A stretch of DNA of 32,000 nucleotides from Pseudoalteromonas translucida KMM 520 (GCF_001465295.1 NZ_CP011034.1:660001-692000), one strand, 5' to 3'. Shown: positions 8,485 through 18,293, numbered from the stretch's first letter. Notes: generated by a model from the sequence alone, not told the origin. Numbers and translations: made by a program.

Positions 8485-9333
8485 TTAAACTTCAACCTGA
8501 AGGTTATCGATTAATCTAACACTGCCTAAATAGGCCGCGGCTAAAATAACAAATTTGTTATCATCGAGTGTAGCAGCTTTTAACGTATCTCGTTGAGCTA
8601 TCGAAAAATAGTCTGGCTTTAATCCTGCTTGCTGTAAACTTTGTTTGGCTGTTTCTTCCAGCGTAGCAAAGTCTGTATTGCCACTTTTAAGTTGCTCAGC
8701 GCAGTTATTTAGCACTTTAAACAATACGGTTGCACTGTCTTTTTGCTCATTCGATAAGTAACCATTACGCGAACTCATAGCAAGCCCAGAGACTTCACGC
8801 ATAGTCGGTACACCAATAACTTCAACCGGAATCGATAAGTCGCGAGCCATGGTTTTAATTACTTGTAGCTGCTGAAAGTCTTTTTCGCCAAAACAAGCGT
8901 AATCTGGCTGCACTAAATTAAATAGCTTAGTAACAACTGTTGCCACACCTCTAAAGTGCCCTGGGCGTGAACCACCACAATAACCTAATGAAATATCCGG
9001 TACATCTACAAAGCTTTGTGCAGCTAAACCATTAGGATAAATGGTCTCTACACTTGGCGTAAATACAATATCAGTTTCAAGATCGGCTAAACCGCGCTTG
9101 TCTTCATCAAGGGTGCGAGGGTAGTTATCTAAGTCTTCATTAGCGCCAAATTGCATTGGGTTAACAAAAATGCTTACTACGACCTTATCGGCCATCATTT
9201 TTGCTTTTTCGACTAACGAAAAGTGGCCTAAGTGCAAGTTGCCCATAGTAGGTACTAAGGCAATGCTTAATCCGGCTTGGCGCCATGCTTTAATTTGGCT
9301 ACGTAATGATTTAATTTCAGTAATTGACTGCAT
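8485..9333 (-). CDS. panC: Pantoate--beta-alanine ligase
   Basis: 282 aa with [14 protein letters not shown] (HIGH-type motif) and the typical PanC length. Its ATG overlaps the panB stop (TAATG at 9331-9335). Confidence 0.92.
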   Translation of the reverse strand: MQSITEIKSLRSQIKAWRQAGLSIALVPTMGNLHLGHFSLVEKAKMMADKVVVSIFVNPMQFGANEDLDNYPRTLDEDKRGLADLETDIVFTPSVETIYPNGLAAQSFVDVPDISLGYCGGSRPGHFRGVATVVTKLFNLVQPDYACFGEKDFQQLQVIKTMARDLSIPVEVIGVPTMREVSGLAMSSRNGYLSNEQKDSATVLFKVLNNCAEQLKSGNTDFATLEETAKQSLQQAGLKPDYFSIAQRDTLKAATLDDNKFVILAAAYLGSVRLIDNLQVEV

Positions 9334-10127
9334 TATTTAAACTCGTGTTCGGCACTTGGAAAGGCACCGCTTTTTACATCGGTACAATACTTTTTAACGG
9401 CTTCAGGCATATTGCCTGTTTCGAGTAAAAAGTTTTTCGAAAATTTAGGAATAAACCCAGCAGAAATACCTACTAAGTCGTGCATTACTAATATTTGACC
9501 ATCGGTAGTATTACCCGCGCCAATGCCAATAGTAGGAATAGTTAATGCGTCGGTAACGCGTTTTGCCAGTGCGCTTGGAATACATTCCAGTACTAATAAT
9601 TGCGCGCCAGCCGCTTCAAGGGCTTTTGCATCGGCAATTATTTTTAGTGCTTGCTCTTCTGCACGCCCTTGTACTTTAAAACCACCAAACACATGTACCG
9701 ACTGCGGCGTAAGGCCTAAATGGCCACACACAGGAATACCTTGTTGAGTTAGGGCTGCAATGCTCTCAAAAAGCCATTCTCCCCCTTCTAACTTAACCAT
9801 GTTAGCACCAGCACGCATTAACTCAGCGGCATTTTTACAGGTGTCGTTGGGGCTCGAATAAGTCATAAACGGCATATCAGCAATTACAAACAACTCACGG
9901 CTACCCGCACGTACGCAACGAGTGTGATAGGCAATGTCTTGATTAGTTACGCCAAGTGTATCGTCGCCGCCTTGTAATACCATACCCAAAGAGTCGCCAA
10001 CTAAAATAACTTCAACGCCGTTATCATGAAATAACTTAGCAAAACTGGCATCATAAGCTGTTAAAGCAGTAATTTTATTTTTTTCTGCTTTCATTTTATT
10101 TAAAGTTGAAACTGTTATTTTAGACAT
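9333..10127 (-). CDS. panB: 3-methyl-2-oxobutanoate hydroxymethyltransferase
   Basis: 264 aa. [11 protein letters not shown] ... [10 protein letters not shown] ... VKLEGG are PanB hallmarks. Upstream of panC. Confidence 0.92.
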   Translation of the reverse strand: MSKITVSTLNKMKAEKNKITALTAYDASFAKLFHDNGVEVILVGDSLGMVLQGGDDTLGVTNQDIAYHTRCVRAGSRELFVIADMPFMTYSSPNDTCKNAAELMRAGANMVKLEGGEWLFESIAALTQQGIPVCGHLGLTPQSVHVFGGFKVQGRAEEQALKIIADAKALEAAGAQLLVLECIPSALAKRVTDALTIPTIGIGAGNTTDGQILVMHDLVGISAGFIPKFSKNFLLETGNMPEAVKKYCTDVKSGAFPSAEHEFK

Positions 10128-10157
10128 AATTTTCTCACCGGCATAAGCCTTAGTTAA

Positions 10158-10643
10158 TTACTGTGGTAATTGTTGTAAATTGTTAAGCGGTAATTTATTT
10201 GCAATAGTGTGTAGTGCAATGCCGCTGGGTAAAATAAGTTTTGGCGCAAGTTCTAGCAGTGGATACACAACAAACTCACGTTCAGTTAAACCATAATGAG
10301 GCACTGTAAGGCGCTCGGTATTAATTGTTTGTGCGTCAAACAATAACATATCTATATCTAAAGTACGTGGGCCCCAACGCTCTGCTTTTCTAACACGGCC
10401 ATGCTCAAGCTCAATTGCTTGGGTTAAATCAAGCAGCTTTTCAGGGCTAAGCGTGGTGTTTATGCAGGCAACGGCGTTAATATAGTCGGGTTGGTCTTGC
10501 GGGCCCATGGGTTTACTCGCATAGTAATGCGAAACACTTATAAATTCACAATCTGGCAGCTTTTTAAGCGCGGCAATAGCGTTATCAAGCTGCTTTTTTG
10601 GTGAGTTTAAATTGGCACCTAAACCTAAATAAACACAGTGCAT
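10158..10643 (-). CDS. folK: 2-amino-4-hydroxy-6-hydroxymethyldihydropteridine pyrophosphokinase
   Basis: 161 aa with LGLGANL ... RWGPRTLDIDMLLF ... LTVPHY motifs. It starts 5 nt after the pcnB stop, as in the E. coli pcnB-folK pair. Confidence 0.9.
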   Translation of the reverse strand: MHCVYLGLGANLNSPKKQLDNAIAALKKLPDCEFISVSHYYASKPMGPQDQPDYINAVACINTTLSPEKLLDLTQAIELEHGRVRKAERWGPRTLDIDMLLFDAQTINTERLTVPHYGLTEREFVVYPLLELAPKLILPSGIALHTIANKLPLNNLQQLPQ

Positions 10644-10648
10644 AGAAG

Positions 10649-12070
10649 TTACTCTGTTGGCTTTTTAGGTGTACGGCGGCGAGCGCGTCTGCGTGGTTTT
10701 GGCCCCGCAGGCTGACCCAAGGTTCTTACCATTTCTTTTTGGCCATTAATATCCAGGCTCAAATATTGTGTCCACCACTGAGCAAGCTCGCTATGTTGTG
10801 TTTCGCCGGCCTCTACACGCATTAATAAAAAGTCGTATGCGGCTTTAAAGCGAGGCTGCTGCGTTAATCTGTATGCACGTTGGCCGGCACGTTTATCTAA
10901 ACGATGCTGTATATGCCAAATATCGCGTGCACCTAAAGTAAAGCGTTTAGGAACAGCAATGTGCTGGGCGTTATCGCTAAGTACACTATTAATTGCTTGC
11001 GAAAATGCATCGTATTCAGAGAGCTGCTCTTCATTTTGTACTGTTTTGGTGCGCTCTAATAGCGGAAACCAAAGCAGTGCAGCAAATACATACGCAGGCG
11101 TTACTTTTTTATCTGCGTTAATACGATCGTCTGTATTTTTAAACATGTTTTCAATAAAAGTGGCTTCAAGCCCGCCAGGATTATTATCTAAAATACGGTT
11201 TAGCTCTGGAAACAGTGAGTTAAATAGGCCGTATTTGCGCAGCATTAAGTAGTTAGCTTGTGCTTTGCCGTTTAAAAACAGTTTGAGTATTTCTTCAAAC
11301 AAACGCGCCGGTGGAATATTATCTAGCAAACTTGCTAAAGCAGTCATCGGTTTTTCGCTGTTTGGCGCAATTTTCATATCTAGCTTAGTGGCAAAGCGTA
11401 CCGCACGTAGCATGCGCACCGGATCTTCACGGTAGCGCGTTTCTGGATCGCCAATCAGCTCAATTTGTTTAGCTTTTATTGCGGCTAAACCATTGGCGTA
11501 ATCGTAAATACAAAAATCGTTAATTGAGTAATAAAGTGCATTGATTGAAAAGTCACGGCGTTCTGCGTCCTCTTCAATGCTGCCAAATACGTTGTCGCGT
11601 AGCAATTGTCCTTGCTCACTCGATTGGCTTATTTGGTTTTTATCTTCAGGCGCTTCGTGGTGCCCGCGCATGGTAGCTACTTCTATTATTTCACGACCAA
11701 ATACAATGTGAGCTAAACGAAAGCGGCGGCCAATTAAGCGACAGTTTCTAAATAACTTTTTAACTTGTTCTGGCGTGGCATTTGTTACCACGTCAAAATC
11801 TTTTGGTTGTTGACCTAACAATACATCGCGAATACAACCACCAACTAGGTAGGCGTCAAAACCACCGTCTTTTAAACGGTATAAAACTTTGATTGCATTT
11901 GGGCTAAATTGTTTACGAGAAATACCATGTTCACCTCGTGAGATCACTAGCGGTTCGCTGCTTATTGCCGTGTTTTCGGCACTGGCATTTGGGCCGATTA
12001 TTTGTCGACAAAATTGAAAAAGCTTGGAAATAATAGTCTGTCTCCTAGAAGGTGTTGATTGACTTGCCAT
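10649..12070 (-). CDS. pcnB: Poly(A) polymerase I
   Basis: Nucleotidyltransferase core AYLVGGCIRDVLLGQQPKDFDV and RRDFSINALYY, with a basic C-terminal tail. The ORF opens at TTG 12079 and the first ATG is at 12070; the exact start is uncertain. Confidence 0.88.
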   Translation of the reverse strand: MASQSTPSRRQTIISKLFQFCRQIIGPNASAENTAISSEPLVISRGEHGISRKQFSPNAIKVLYRLKDGGFDAYLVGGCIRDVLLGQQPKDFDVVTNATPEQVKKLFRNCRLIGRRFRLAHIVFGREIIEVATMRGHHEAPEDKNQISQSSEQGQLLRDNVFGSIEEDAERRDFSINALYYSINDFCIYDYANGLAAIKAKQIELIGDPETRYREDPVRMLRAVRFATKLDMKIAPNSEKPMTALASLLDNIPPARLFEEILKLFLNGKAQANYLMLRKYGLFNSLFPELNRILDNNPGGLEATFIENMFKNTDDRINADKKVTPAYVFAALLWFPLLERTKTVQNEEQLSEYDAFSQAINSVLSDNAQHIAVPKRFTLGARDIWHIQHRLDKRAGQRAYRLTQQPRFKAAYDFLLMRVEAGETQHSELAQWWTQYLSLDINGQKEMVRTLGQPAGPKPRRRARRRTPKKPTE

Positions 12071-12263
12071 TGCAATCAAAATTACAGCAAATGTAGGTGT
12101 TATAACCTATTACTGGCTGATTAATGTAAATAGCATATATTTAGGCGGCTATCATATACCAGCAAGGTTTAAAAATTAAGTTGCTGCACTGAAATTAAGC
12201 CATTTTTAGCGATTTTTATTTACTTAAAGGTCTAAATTATTGCGCGCGGGGAGTTGTGGGCTG

Positions 12264-13160
12264 CTAAATTTGAATTTCAGCAAGGTTTGGGACTTGGTTT
12301 AAGCTAAAGTTATTTACCCCCCATGCAAGCAGTTGCTCAATATTTAAGTCCATAAGCTGATTATGTACTGCTAGGCCTAAAAACGCGAACACATCGATAA
12401 GTGCCGGTTTAGGATTTTGCTTACAAATTGCTGGCGCATAATTTTGCTTTGAGAGCTTAAAGCCGGGCTTTGCAACCGCTAAGGGTAAATGAGCAAATTG
12501 GGGTACTGAGCTATTAAGTTGTTTAAACAAACTGATCTGTCGAACGGTAGGCTCAATTAGGTCAGCTCCTCTAACAATACGCGTGATCCCTTGGTCTATA
12601 TCGTCAATTACCACCACAAGCTGGTAGGCAAATAAACCATCGCTGCGCTTTATTATGTAATCTTCAGCAGCAAAGGCGTTATTAACGTTTATGTCGCCTT
12701 GAATTAAATCGTTAAATTGGTTGGTGGCAAAGCTTTGGCTAAGGCGCAGGGCATTGTGGGTTATATCTTGGTGCAGGTTTTTACAATGACCTTGGTAAAT
12801 TCCGCCAATAGCTTTAATTTGTTTGCGCGAGCAACTACAGGCATAAACAAGGTTTTTATTGTGTAAAGAGTTAACAACATCTTGGTATAAATCTAAACGT
12901 TGTGTTTGATAAACGACGTTTTCATCCCAGTGCAGAGAATAGGCTTGTAAGGTATTTAGAATATCGGTGTCGGCGCCTTTTACAACGCGAGTGGTGTCTA
13001 TATCTTCGATGCGAACTAACCATTTTCCTTGGTTAGCTTTAGCATCAAGATAGCTACCTACAGCCGCTACTAATGAGCCAAAATGTAATGGCCCAGAAGG
13101 AGACGGTGCAAATCGACCGCAGTATTTACGCGTTGGCGTAATAACGGCTGTAGTAAACAT
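12264..13160 (-). CDS. gluQ: Glutamyl-Q tRNA(Asp) synthetase
   Basis: 298 aa truncated GluRS-like protein with GRFAPSPSGPLHFGSL (HIGH region) and no anticodon-binding domain. It starts 20 nt after the dksA stop, as in E. coli dksA-gluQ. Confidence 0.88.
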   Translation of the reverse strand: MFTTAVITPTRKYCGRFAPSPSGPLHFGSLVAAVGSYLDAKANQGKWLVRIEDIDTTRVVKGADTDILNTLQAYSLHWDENVVYQTQRLDLYQDVVNSLHNKNLVYACSCSRKQIKAIGGIYQGHCKNLHQDITHNALRLSQSFATNQFNDLIQGDINVNNAFAAEDYIIKRSDGLFAYQLVVVIDDIDQGITRIVRGADLIEPTVRQISLFKQLNSSVPQFAHLPLAVAKPGFKLSKQNYAPAICKQNPKPALIDVFAFLGLAVHNQLMDLNIEQLLAWGVNNFSLNQVPNLAEIQI

Positions 13161-13180
13161 AACTAATTAATATAAGTTAA

Positions 13181-13624
13181 TTAGCCACGTCCAGATTGCT
13201 TTTCTTTAATTTCTGCAAGTGTTTTACAGTCTACGCATAAATCAGCAGTCGGGCGCGCTTCTAAGCGGCGAATACCAATTTCGATTCCGCAAGAATCACA
13301 AAAACCAAAATCATCTTCTTTAATTAAGTTGATTGTTTTTTCAATTTTTTTGATCAGTTTGCGTTCGCGGTCACGAGTACGCAGTTCTAAAGAGAACTCT
13401 TCTTCTTGCGCAGCACGGTCAACTGGATCAGGAAAGTTAGCAGCTTCATCTTGCATATACGATTTAGTACGATCAACTTCGTTGCGTAAATCGTTACGCC
13501 AAGTTTCTAAAATTGTTTTAAAATGAAGACGTTGTGCTTCATTCATATATTCTTCACCTGGTTTTTCTTGGTATGGTTCTAAACCGGCTTGAGCCAATAA
13601 TCCTAATCTATTTTGGTTTGGCAT
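13181..13624 (-). CDS. dksA: RNA polymerase-binding transcription factor DksA
   Basis: 147 aa with a coiled-coil region and a C4 zinc finger CDSCG-x17-CVDCK. Confidence 0.93.
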   Translation of the reverse strand: MPNQNRLGLLAQAGLEPYQEKPGEEYMNEAQRLHFKTILETWRNDLRNEVDRTKSYMQDEAANFPDPVDRAAQEEEFSLELRTRDRERKLIKKIEKTINLIKEDDFGFCDSCGIEIGIRRLEARPTADLCVDCKTLAEIKEKQSGRG

Positions 13625-13939
13625 AACTCTCTCCTAAATCCTTAATTTAATGCCTCAGCATTAGCCGGCGGTATAAATAACAGAATCTTATACCCTAGGC
13701 AAATTTATTTTTAATTAATCGAATTAGCTGTAACCACGTTTATTGATTTAAAAGTATGATAAGTAATATTTGTACTTTTTTTAATCGCACTATCGGTTTC
13801 TAAACTTGCCTATATATGTGGGCTAAAAGTTAAAAAACAAGCTGTTACTTAAAGTTTACTTTATTTATTCAGCCGAGTACTGCTGCTTTATATTTGTATT
13901 TACCAAAACCTAATTACAACACTTTGTATTAAATGATGA

Positions 13940-14656
13940 TTATATAAAAGGGAGCTTTTCTTTTAAGATAATTTCGTTGGTAGAAATATCTGCTTTATAT
14001 GCTAATACCTCAACGCCTTGGTTAATTGCCTCATTTAGTAACTGTGCGTATTTATTGTCTATATAAGCAGCTGCGCTTACCTGATTTATTCCTTGGTGCA
14101 GTACAGCAAAAAGCAATACTGCACGATGACCTTGCTCCACCATCTCTATTAATTCGCGAATATGCTTTTGCCCGCGCAGGGTTGGTGCATCGGGAAAGTA
14201 ACCTTGGCCACTGCGGGGGTTATCTTGGCTTAGGAGCGTTACCGATTTTACTTCAACGTAGCAATGAGGGCGCCCATCGCTGGTTAGTAAAAAGTCGATA
14301 CGGCTGTTTTCGTTACCATATTTAACTTCGCTTTGTAATTGCTGATAATTGCTAAGTTCACTAATAACATTGGCATTTATAGCTTCAGCAACCACTTTAT
14401 TTGCCACTGCGGTATTAACGCAAATAAGTTGCGATAAGCTATTTTGGGTGAGCTCTAACGATTGCGGGTATTTGCGTTTGCTATTAGTACTGGTGGAGTA
14501 AAAAGCATTAAAACCGGGTTCGGCGCAGCCAGTCATTTTACCCGTATTGGCACAATGGGCGGTAAACTCTGAGCCATCACTGAGCTGTAAATCAGCTAAA
14601 AAGCGTTTATAGCGTTTTAATAAGGTGGCTGATTGCAGGGCCGGTTGGTACTTCAT
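13940..14656 (-). CDS. sfsA: Sugar fermentation stimulation protein SfsA
   Basis: The internal ATG at 14656 gives [23 protein letters not shown], colinear with the E. coli SfsA N-terminus. The 18-codon upstream extension in the track is probably not translated. Confidence 0.88.
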   Translation of the reverse strand: MKYQPALQSATLLKRYKRFLADLQLSDGSEFTAHCANTGKMTGCAEPGFNAFYSTSTNSKRKYPQSLELTQNSLSQLICVNTAVANKVVAEAINANVISELSNYQQLQSEVKYGNENSRIDFLLTSDGRPHCYVEVKSVTLLSQDNPRSGQGYFPDAPTLRGQKHIRELIEMVEQGHRAVLLFAVLHQGINQVSAAAYIDNKYAQLLNEAINQGVEVLAYKADISTNEIILKEKLPFI

Positions 14657-14760
14657 AATAACTTCCGTAGCGTAATTTATGTTATTTATCTCAAGCTGTT
14701 GGGAACTCAAGCGCTCTATAGTAAACTCGGTGGCACATTTAAGTGCAAGGATATTCTAAC

Positions 14761-16056
14761 ATGAGTGAAAAATTTGTTGTTCAACTAAGCGAGCAGTCAG
14801 CACCAAGCCATTGGGGCGAAAACGCGTCGTTATCTTTTAATGAACACGGGGCAACCGTTCATTTATCTGAGCAAGAAACATTAAAAAATGTTCAAAAAGC
14901 AGCGCGTACTATTGCTATTCAAGGCGTAAAAGCGGTTGAACTAGCTGGCGATACCTGGTGTACCGAAAGCCAGTGGGCGTTTTATCAAGGGTTTGTAACG
15001 CCTAAATCGTTAAATGGCGTTACCTTTGTTGATAACGCACAGTCAGATATTAAAGAGCTAGGTAACTTAAAAACTTCAGCTATTTGGGCTCGCGAAATGG
15101 TTAACGGTACTGCCGATGACATTTATCCAGAAAGCCTTGCTGAAAAAGCCGCTGAATTTATTCAATCGTTAGCGCCTGAGCATGTGAGCTATCAAATTAT
15201 TAAAGGCGATGCATTATTAGAGCAACAGTGGATCGGTATTCATGCTGTTGGCCGTGGTAGTGTTCGCCCGCCAGTATTACTTGAACTTGATTATAACCCA
15301 ACAGGCGACGCCAATGCGCCAGTAAGCGCTGCGCTTGTAGGTAAAGGTATAACCTTTGACTCAGGCGGTTACTCAATTAAGTCGAGCGAAGGTATGCTAG
15401 GCATGAAGTGCGATATGGGCGGTGCTGCTACAGTAACGGCTGGTTTAGCACTGGCTATTAACCGCGGTATTGAAAAACGTATTAAGCTGTTTTTATGCTG
15501 TGCAGAAAACTTAATTTCTGGCCATGCTTATAAATTAGGTGACATTTTAACGTATAAAAATGGTACTACAGTTGAAATTGTAAATACTGATGCTGAAGGG
15601 CGTTTAGTATTAGCTGATGGCTTAATGGCTGCAGGAGAGACTGGTGCGCCATTAATTATTGATGCTGCAACACTAACTGGCGCTGCGCTAGTTGCTGTTG
15701 GCCAAGAGTACAATGCTTTGTTTGCCCTTGATAAAGAGCTAGTACGTGAAGTTGAAGACTTTGCTTCTCAAGAAATGGAAGCAGCGTGGCCATTACCACT
15801 TGAAAAGTGGCATCAGCAAAACTGCCCATCGGCTTATGCCGATACAGCTAACAGCCGTGCGCAAAAAGGCGGTGGTTATGGTGGTGCATCAAATGCGGCT
15901 GGTTTCTTATCGCGCTTTGTAGCAAATGATGGCAAAGGCTGGGTGCATATTGACCTAGCAGCTGCATTTAATATGAGCAGCACTAACCAGTGGGCTGCTG
16001 GCGCTACCACACAAGGCATGCGTACTGTTGCTCGCACCTTGTTAGAAAAAGCGTAA
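14761..16056 (+). CDS. pepB: Aminopeptidase B (M17 family)
   Basis: ATG 14761 follows AAGGA (14747-14751). VGKGITFDSGGYSIK, MKCDMGGAA and NTDAEGRLVLAD are M17 metal and active-site motifs, colinear with E. coli PepB. Confidence 0.9.
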   Translation: MSEKFVVQLSEQSAPSHWGENASLSFNEHGATVHLSEQETLKNVQKAARTIAIQGVKAVELAGDTWCTESQWAFYQGFVTPKSLNGVTFVDNAQSDIKELGNLKTSAIWAREMVNGTADDIYPESLAEKAAEFIQSLAPEHVSYQIIKGDALLEQQWIGIHAVGRGSVRPPVLLELDYNPTGDANAPVSAALVGKGITFDSGGYSIKSSEGMLGMKCDMGGAATVTAGLALAINRGIEKRIKLFLCCAENLISGHAYKLGDILTYKNGTTVEIVNTDAEGRLVLADGLMAAGETGAPLIIDAATLTGAALVAVGQEYNALFALDKELVREVEDFASQEMEAAWPLPLEKWHQQNCPSAYADTANSRAQKGGGYGGASNAAGFLSRFVANDGKGWVHIDLAAAFNMSSTNQWAAGATTQGMRTVARTLLEKA

Positions 16057-16090
16057 TATTTGCAGCGTTAGTTTATTAAAAAATTATAAT

Positions 16091-16117
16091 GGGCACCGTT
16101 TGGTGCCTATTTTTTTG
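16091..16117 (+). terminator. Rho-independent terminator after pepB
   Basis: ggcacc (16092-16097) pairs with ggtgcc (16102-16107), with loop gttt, followed by a T7 run. Confidence 0.75.
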
Positions 16118-16242
16118 TGCTGCAAACAAGCATTTTGATTTAAATTACGGTAAAATCCCTCGCCTTAGATGTTTGAACGTTTCATTTACAGCTTTAATCT
16201 AAGCTGCGCTCAAATGTTGTACTCACCACTGGGATCCTAACT

Positions 16243-16809
16243 ATGTCAGATAAGTGCTATATCACGGCTCAACAATTACTTGAAGATTCATTTCGCGTAG
16301 CAGCGCAAGTGTATAATGATGGCTTTCGTCCAGATTTCATTATTGGTATTTGGCGAGGTGGTGCACCCATAGGTATTGCAGTGCAGGAATTTTACGATTA
16401 CAAAGGCATTGAAACCGACCACATTGCGGTACGTACATCGTCTTATTATGGCATTGGTAAGCAATCTAAAGAGATAAAAGTACATGGTTTACACTACATT
16501 GTAGAAAATGCTAATGCAGGTGACTCATTACTCATTGTTGATGATGTGTTTGACTCTGGCCGCAGTATTTTTGCATTAAAAGAAAAGCTTTCAGAGCTAA
16601 TGCGTTTAAACTTACCGCGTGATATTCGCATTGCATGTCCTTACTACAAGCCTAAAAACTCTAAAGTAGACATGAAGCCAGATTACTATATTCATGAATC
16701 TGAAGAATGGTTAGTGTTTCCGCATGAGTTATCGGGTTTAACACCGGATGAAATTATTGCTGGCAAATCAGATCTAGCAAAAATACATGACATTTTGCTA
16801 GAAAAATAA
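16243..16809 (+). CDS. Phosphoribosyltransferase family protein (purine PRT-like)
   Basis: 188 aa with the PRPP-binding loop LLIVDDVFDSGRS. Substrate is not assignable by eye. Confidence 0.75.
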   Translation: MSDKCYITAQQLLEDSFRVAAQVYNDGFRPDFIIGIWRGGAPIGIAVQEFYDYKGIETDHIAVRTSSYYGIGKQSKEIKVHGLHYIVENANAGDSLLIVDDVFDSGRSIFALKEKLSELMRLNLPRDIRIACPYYKPKNSKVDMKPDYYIHESEEWLVFPHELSGLTPDEIIAGKSDLAKIHDILLEK

Positions 16810-16824
16810 TCAACCTGCATAAAT

Positions 16825-16851
16825 AAAAAAAGGCCATTAAGGCCTTTTTTT
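16825..16851. terminator. Strong bidirectional terminator
   Basis: aaaaaaaggcc-attaa-ggccttttttt: an 11-bp stem (A7 / T7 plus GGCC) with a 5-nt loop. Confidence 0.8.
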
Positions 16852-16870
16852 ATCAACTTTTGCCGTAAAA

Positions 16871-16919
16871 CACCGTTCCTTTAGGTCGGTGATATAAGGC
16901 AATAGTCGCGAAGCGACTA
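16871..16919 (+). other. Left-end subterminal hairpins
   Basis: There is an imperfect palindrome caccgttcct-tt-aggtcggtg (16871-16891, with unpaired T). There is also a perfect hairpin tagtcgc-gaa-gcgacta (16903-16919). Confidence 0.5.
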
Positions 16920-16925
16920 AGTGGG

Positions 16926-16954
16926 TTGTTCCTTTTTGATTGACTGTATATAAT
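16926..16954 (+). promoter_or_regulatory. Candidate sigma70 promoter for tnpB
   Basis: TTGTTC (16926-16931), a 17-nt spacer, then TATAAT (16949-16954), ending 6 nt before ATG 16961. That implies a very short leader or a leaderless mRNA. Confidence 0.3.
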
Positions 16955-16960
16955 AACAGT

Positions 16961-18187
16961 ATGATTATTCGCAAAGCTTATAAATTTCGTTTAAAAACAA
17001 CACCCGATATTAACGCTAAAATGGCGCAATATGCGGGAAATTGTCGATTCTTGTGGAATAAAGCCTTAGCGATTAACTTATTTAAGTTACAGAATAAACA
17101 AAAAATTTGCTACTACCAAGAGTTGGATTTCTTTTCTAAACTTTGGAAAAAAAGCGAGGAGTATGGCTTTTTAACACTATCGCCCGCACAAACTATCCAA
17201 CAAACATTAAAACAGCTTGAACGCGCCTTTAAAGACGCATTCGATAAAAACCAACCACTCAAACGGATGCCTACTTTTAAGAAAAAAGGAGAGGTGAATA
17301 GCTTTAGTTTTCCTCAAGGCTTTAAAATCGACAAGAATGGGAAACGTATTTTTTTACCTAAAATCGGTTGGGTTAATGTTAGAAAAAGCCAAGCTATTTT
17401 AGGAAAAGCTAAAAACGTCACTGTTTCACAAAAAGGAAAGCACTGGTTTGTTTCAATCCAAGTTGAACAAGAAGTAGCACCACCTAAGCACCCATCAAAC
17501 GCCATGATTGGGGGAGATTTAGGCGTGAAACGCCTAATTACCCTTTCAGATGGCAGTTTTGTGGAGCCGATAGATACCAGTAAACAGACAATCAGGATCA
17601 AACGATTACAGAAGCAACTTGCTAGAAAAGTGAAATTTTCAAGTAACTGGAAAAAATTAAAAGCAAAGATCACAACATTTCATACGAAAGTTGCCAATAT
17701 TCGTCATGACAAATTACATAAGATCTCAACACAGTTGAGCAAAAGCCACGCAATCATCGTGCTAGAAGATCTTAAAATTAGAAATATGACGAAAAACAGC
17801 AAAGGCAACAGTGAGCAGCATGGAAAAATGGTGAAACAAAAATCTGGCTTAAACCGCGTCATTCTCAATCAAGGATGGGGAATGTTTAAAGAAATGCTGA
17901 AATATAAGCAGGATTGGCTCGGCGGTCAGGTTATTTTTGTTGATCCGAAACATACCAGTCAAACGTGTCCGGCGTGTGGTCATCAATCAAAAGATAACCG
18001 ATTAACGCAGTCTAAGTTTGAATGTGCGAAGTGCGGTTATCAAGATAATGCGGATCATGTTGGCGCATTAAATATTTTAGCGCGAGGTCATCGCGTTCTA
18101 GCCTGTGGAGAGATTGACATTAGTCAGCTTGTTGAAGCAGGAACTTGCCTTATGAGTGATCACAAGGCCCCGATGGTTTTAAACTAA
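16961..18187 (+). CDS. tnpB: TnpB (IS605 OrfB-type, RuvC-like RNA-guided nuclease family)
   Basis: 408 aa from ATG 16961 (MIIRKAYKFRL...). It has RuvC-I GGDLG (D codon 17516-17518), RuvC-II IVLEDL (E codon 17765-17767), zinc finger CPAC-x15-CAKC and RuvC-III DNADHVGALNI (D codon 18053-18055). Confidence 0.88.
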   Translation: MIIRKAYKFRLKTTPDINAKMAQYAGNCRFLWNKALAINLFKLQNKQKICYYQELDFFSKLWKKSEEYGFLTLSPAQTIQQTLKQLERAFKDAFDKNQPLKRMPTFKKKGEVNSFSFPQGFKIDKNGKRIFLPKIGWVNVRKSQAILGKAKNVTVSQKGKHWFVSIQVEQEVAPPKHPSNAMIGGDLGVKRLITLSDGSFVEPIDTSKQTIRIKRLQKQLARKVKFSSNWKKLKAKITTFHTKVANIRHDKLHKISTQLSKSHAIIVLEDLKIRNMTKNSKGNSEQHGKMVKQKSGLNRVILNQGWGMFKEMLKYKQDWLGGQVIFVDPKHTSQTCPACGHQSKDNRLTQSKFECAKCGYQDNADHVGALNILARGHRVLACGEIDISQLVEAGTCLMSDHKAPMVLN

Positions 18188-18287
18188 TCGGAATCCCCCT
18201 CCTTTCCTGAACTTGTTCAGGCGCTTGGCGAGGTGGTGGAGGATGTCAAGGATAAAACTTAACGTTTCAACCTATGTAACCTGATGT
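18100..18287 (+). ncRNA. Candidate omega RNA (right-end RNA) scaffold plus flanking guide; limits speculative
   Basis: Position follows the ISDra2 TnpB rule of tnpB 3' end plus right end. Local hairpins are ccgat/atcgg (18170-18191, spanning the stop codon), cctgaa-cttg-ttcagg (18206-18221) and cctcc/ggagg (18198-18202 with 18238-18242). Confidence 0.3.
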
Positions 18288-18293
18288 AATAAA

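Larger units (their letters stand above)
16858..18271 (+). mobile_element. IS200/IS605-family element carrying only tnpB (IS1341-like); ends approximate
   Basis: A TnpB ORF with subterminal hairpins on both sides, confined between the terminator (ends 16851) and the stop of a convergent gene (18294). TCAAC occurs just outside the proposed left end (16853-16857) and at the proposed right end (18267-18271). No tnpA is present. Confidence 0.55.

Noticed and set aside
16118-16242. Purine riboswitch ahead of the phosphoribosyltransferase gene
   Set aside because: No three-way-junction-like pairing or conserved purine-riboswitch core was recognisable. Only weak, short complementarities were seen.
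1965-16960. N-terminal extensions of track ORFs for pgk (1965), fba (3342), pstS (7126), sfsA (14710), pepB (14743) and tnpB (16940)
   Set aside because: The extensions begin at TTG/GTG or lack an RBS. Internal ATGs with Shine-Dalgarno sequences give N-termini colinear with well-known orthologs or a proper signal peptide.
16852-18293. tnpA (Y1 transposase) partner of tnpB
   Set aside because: There is no ORF of ~130-150 aa on either strand next to tnpB. The only overlapping ORF (17314..17673, minus) is an antisense shadow ORF without the HUH/Y1 motifs.
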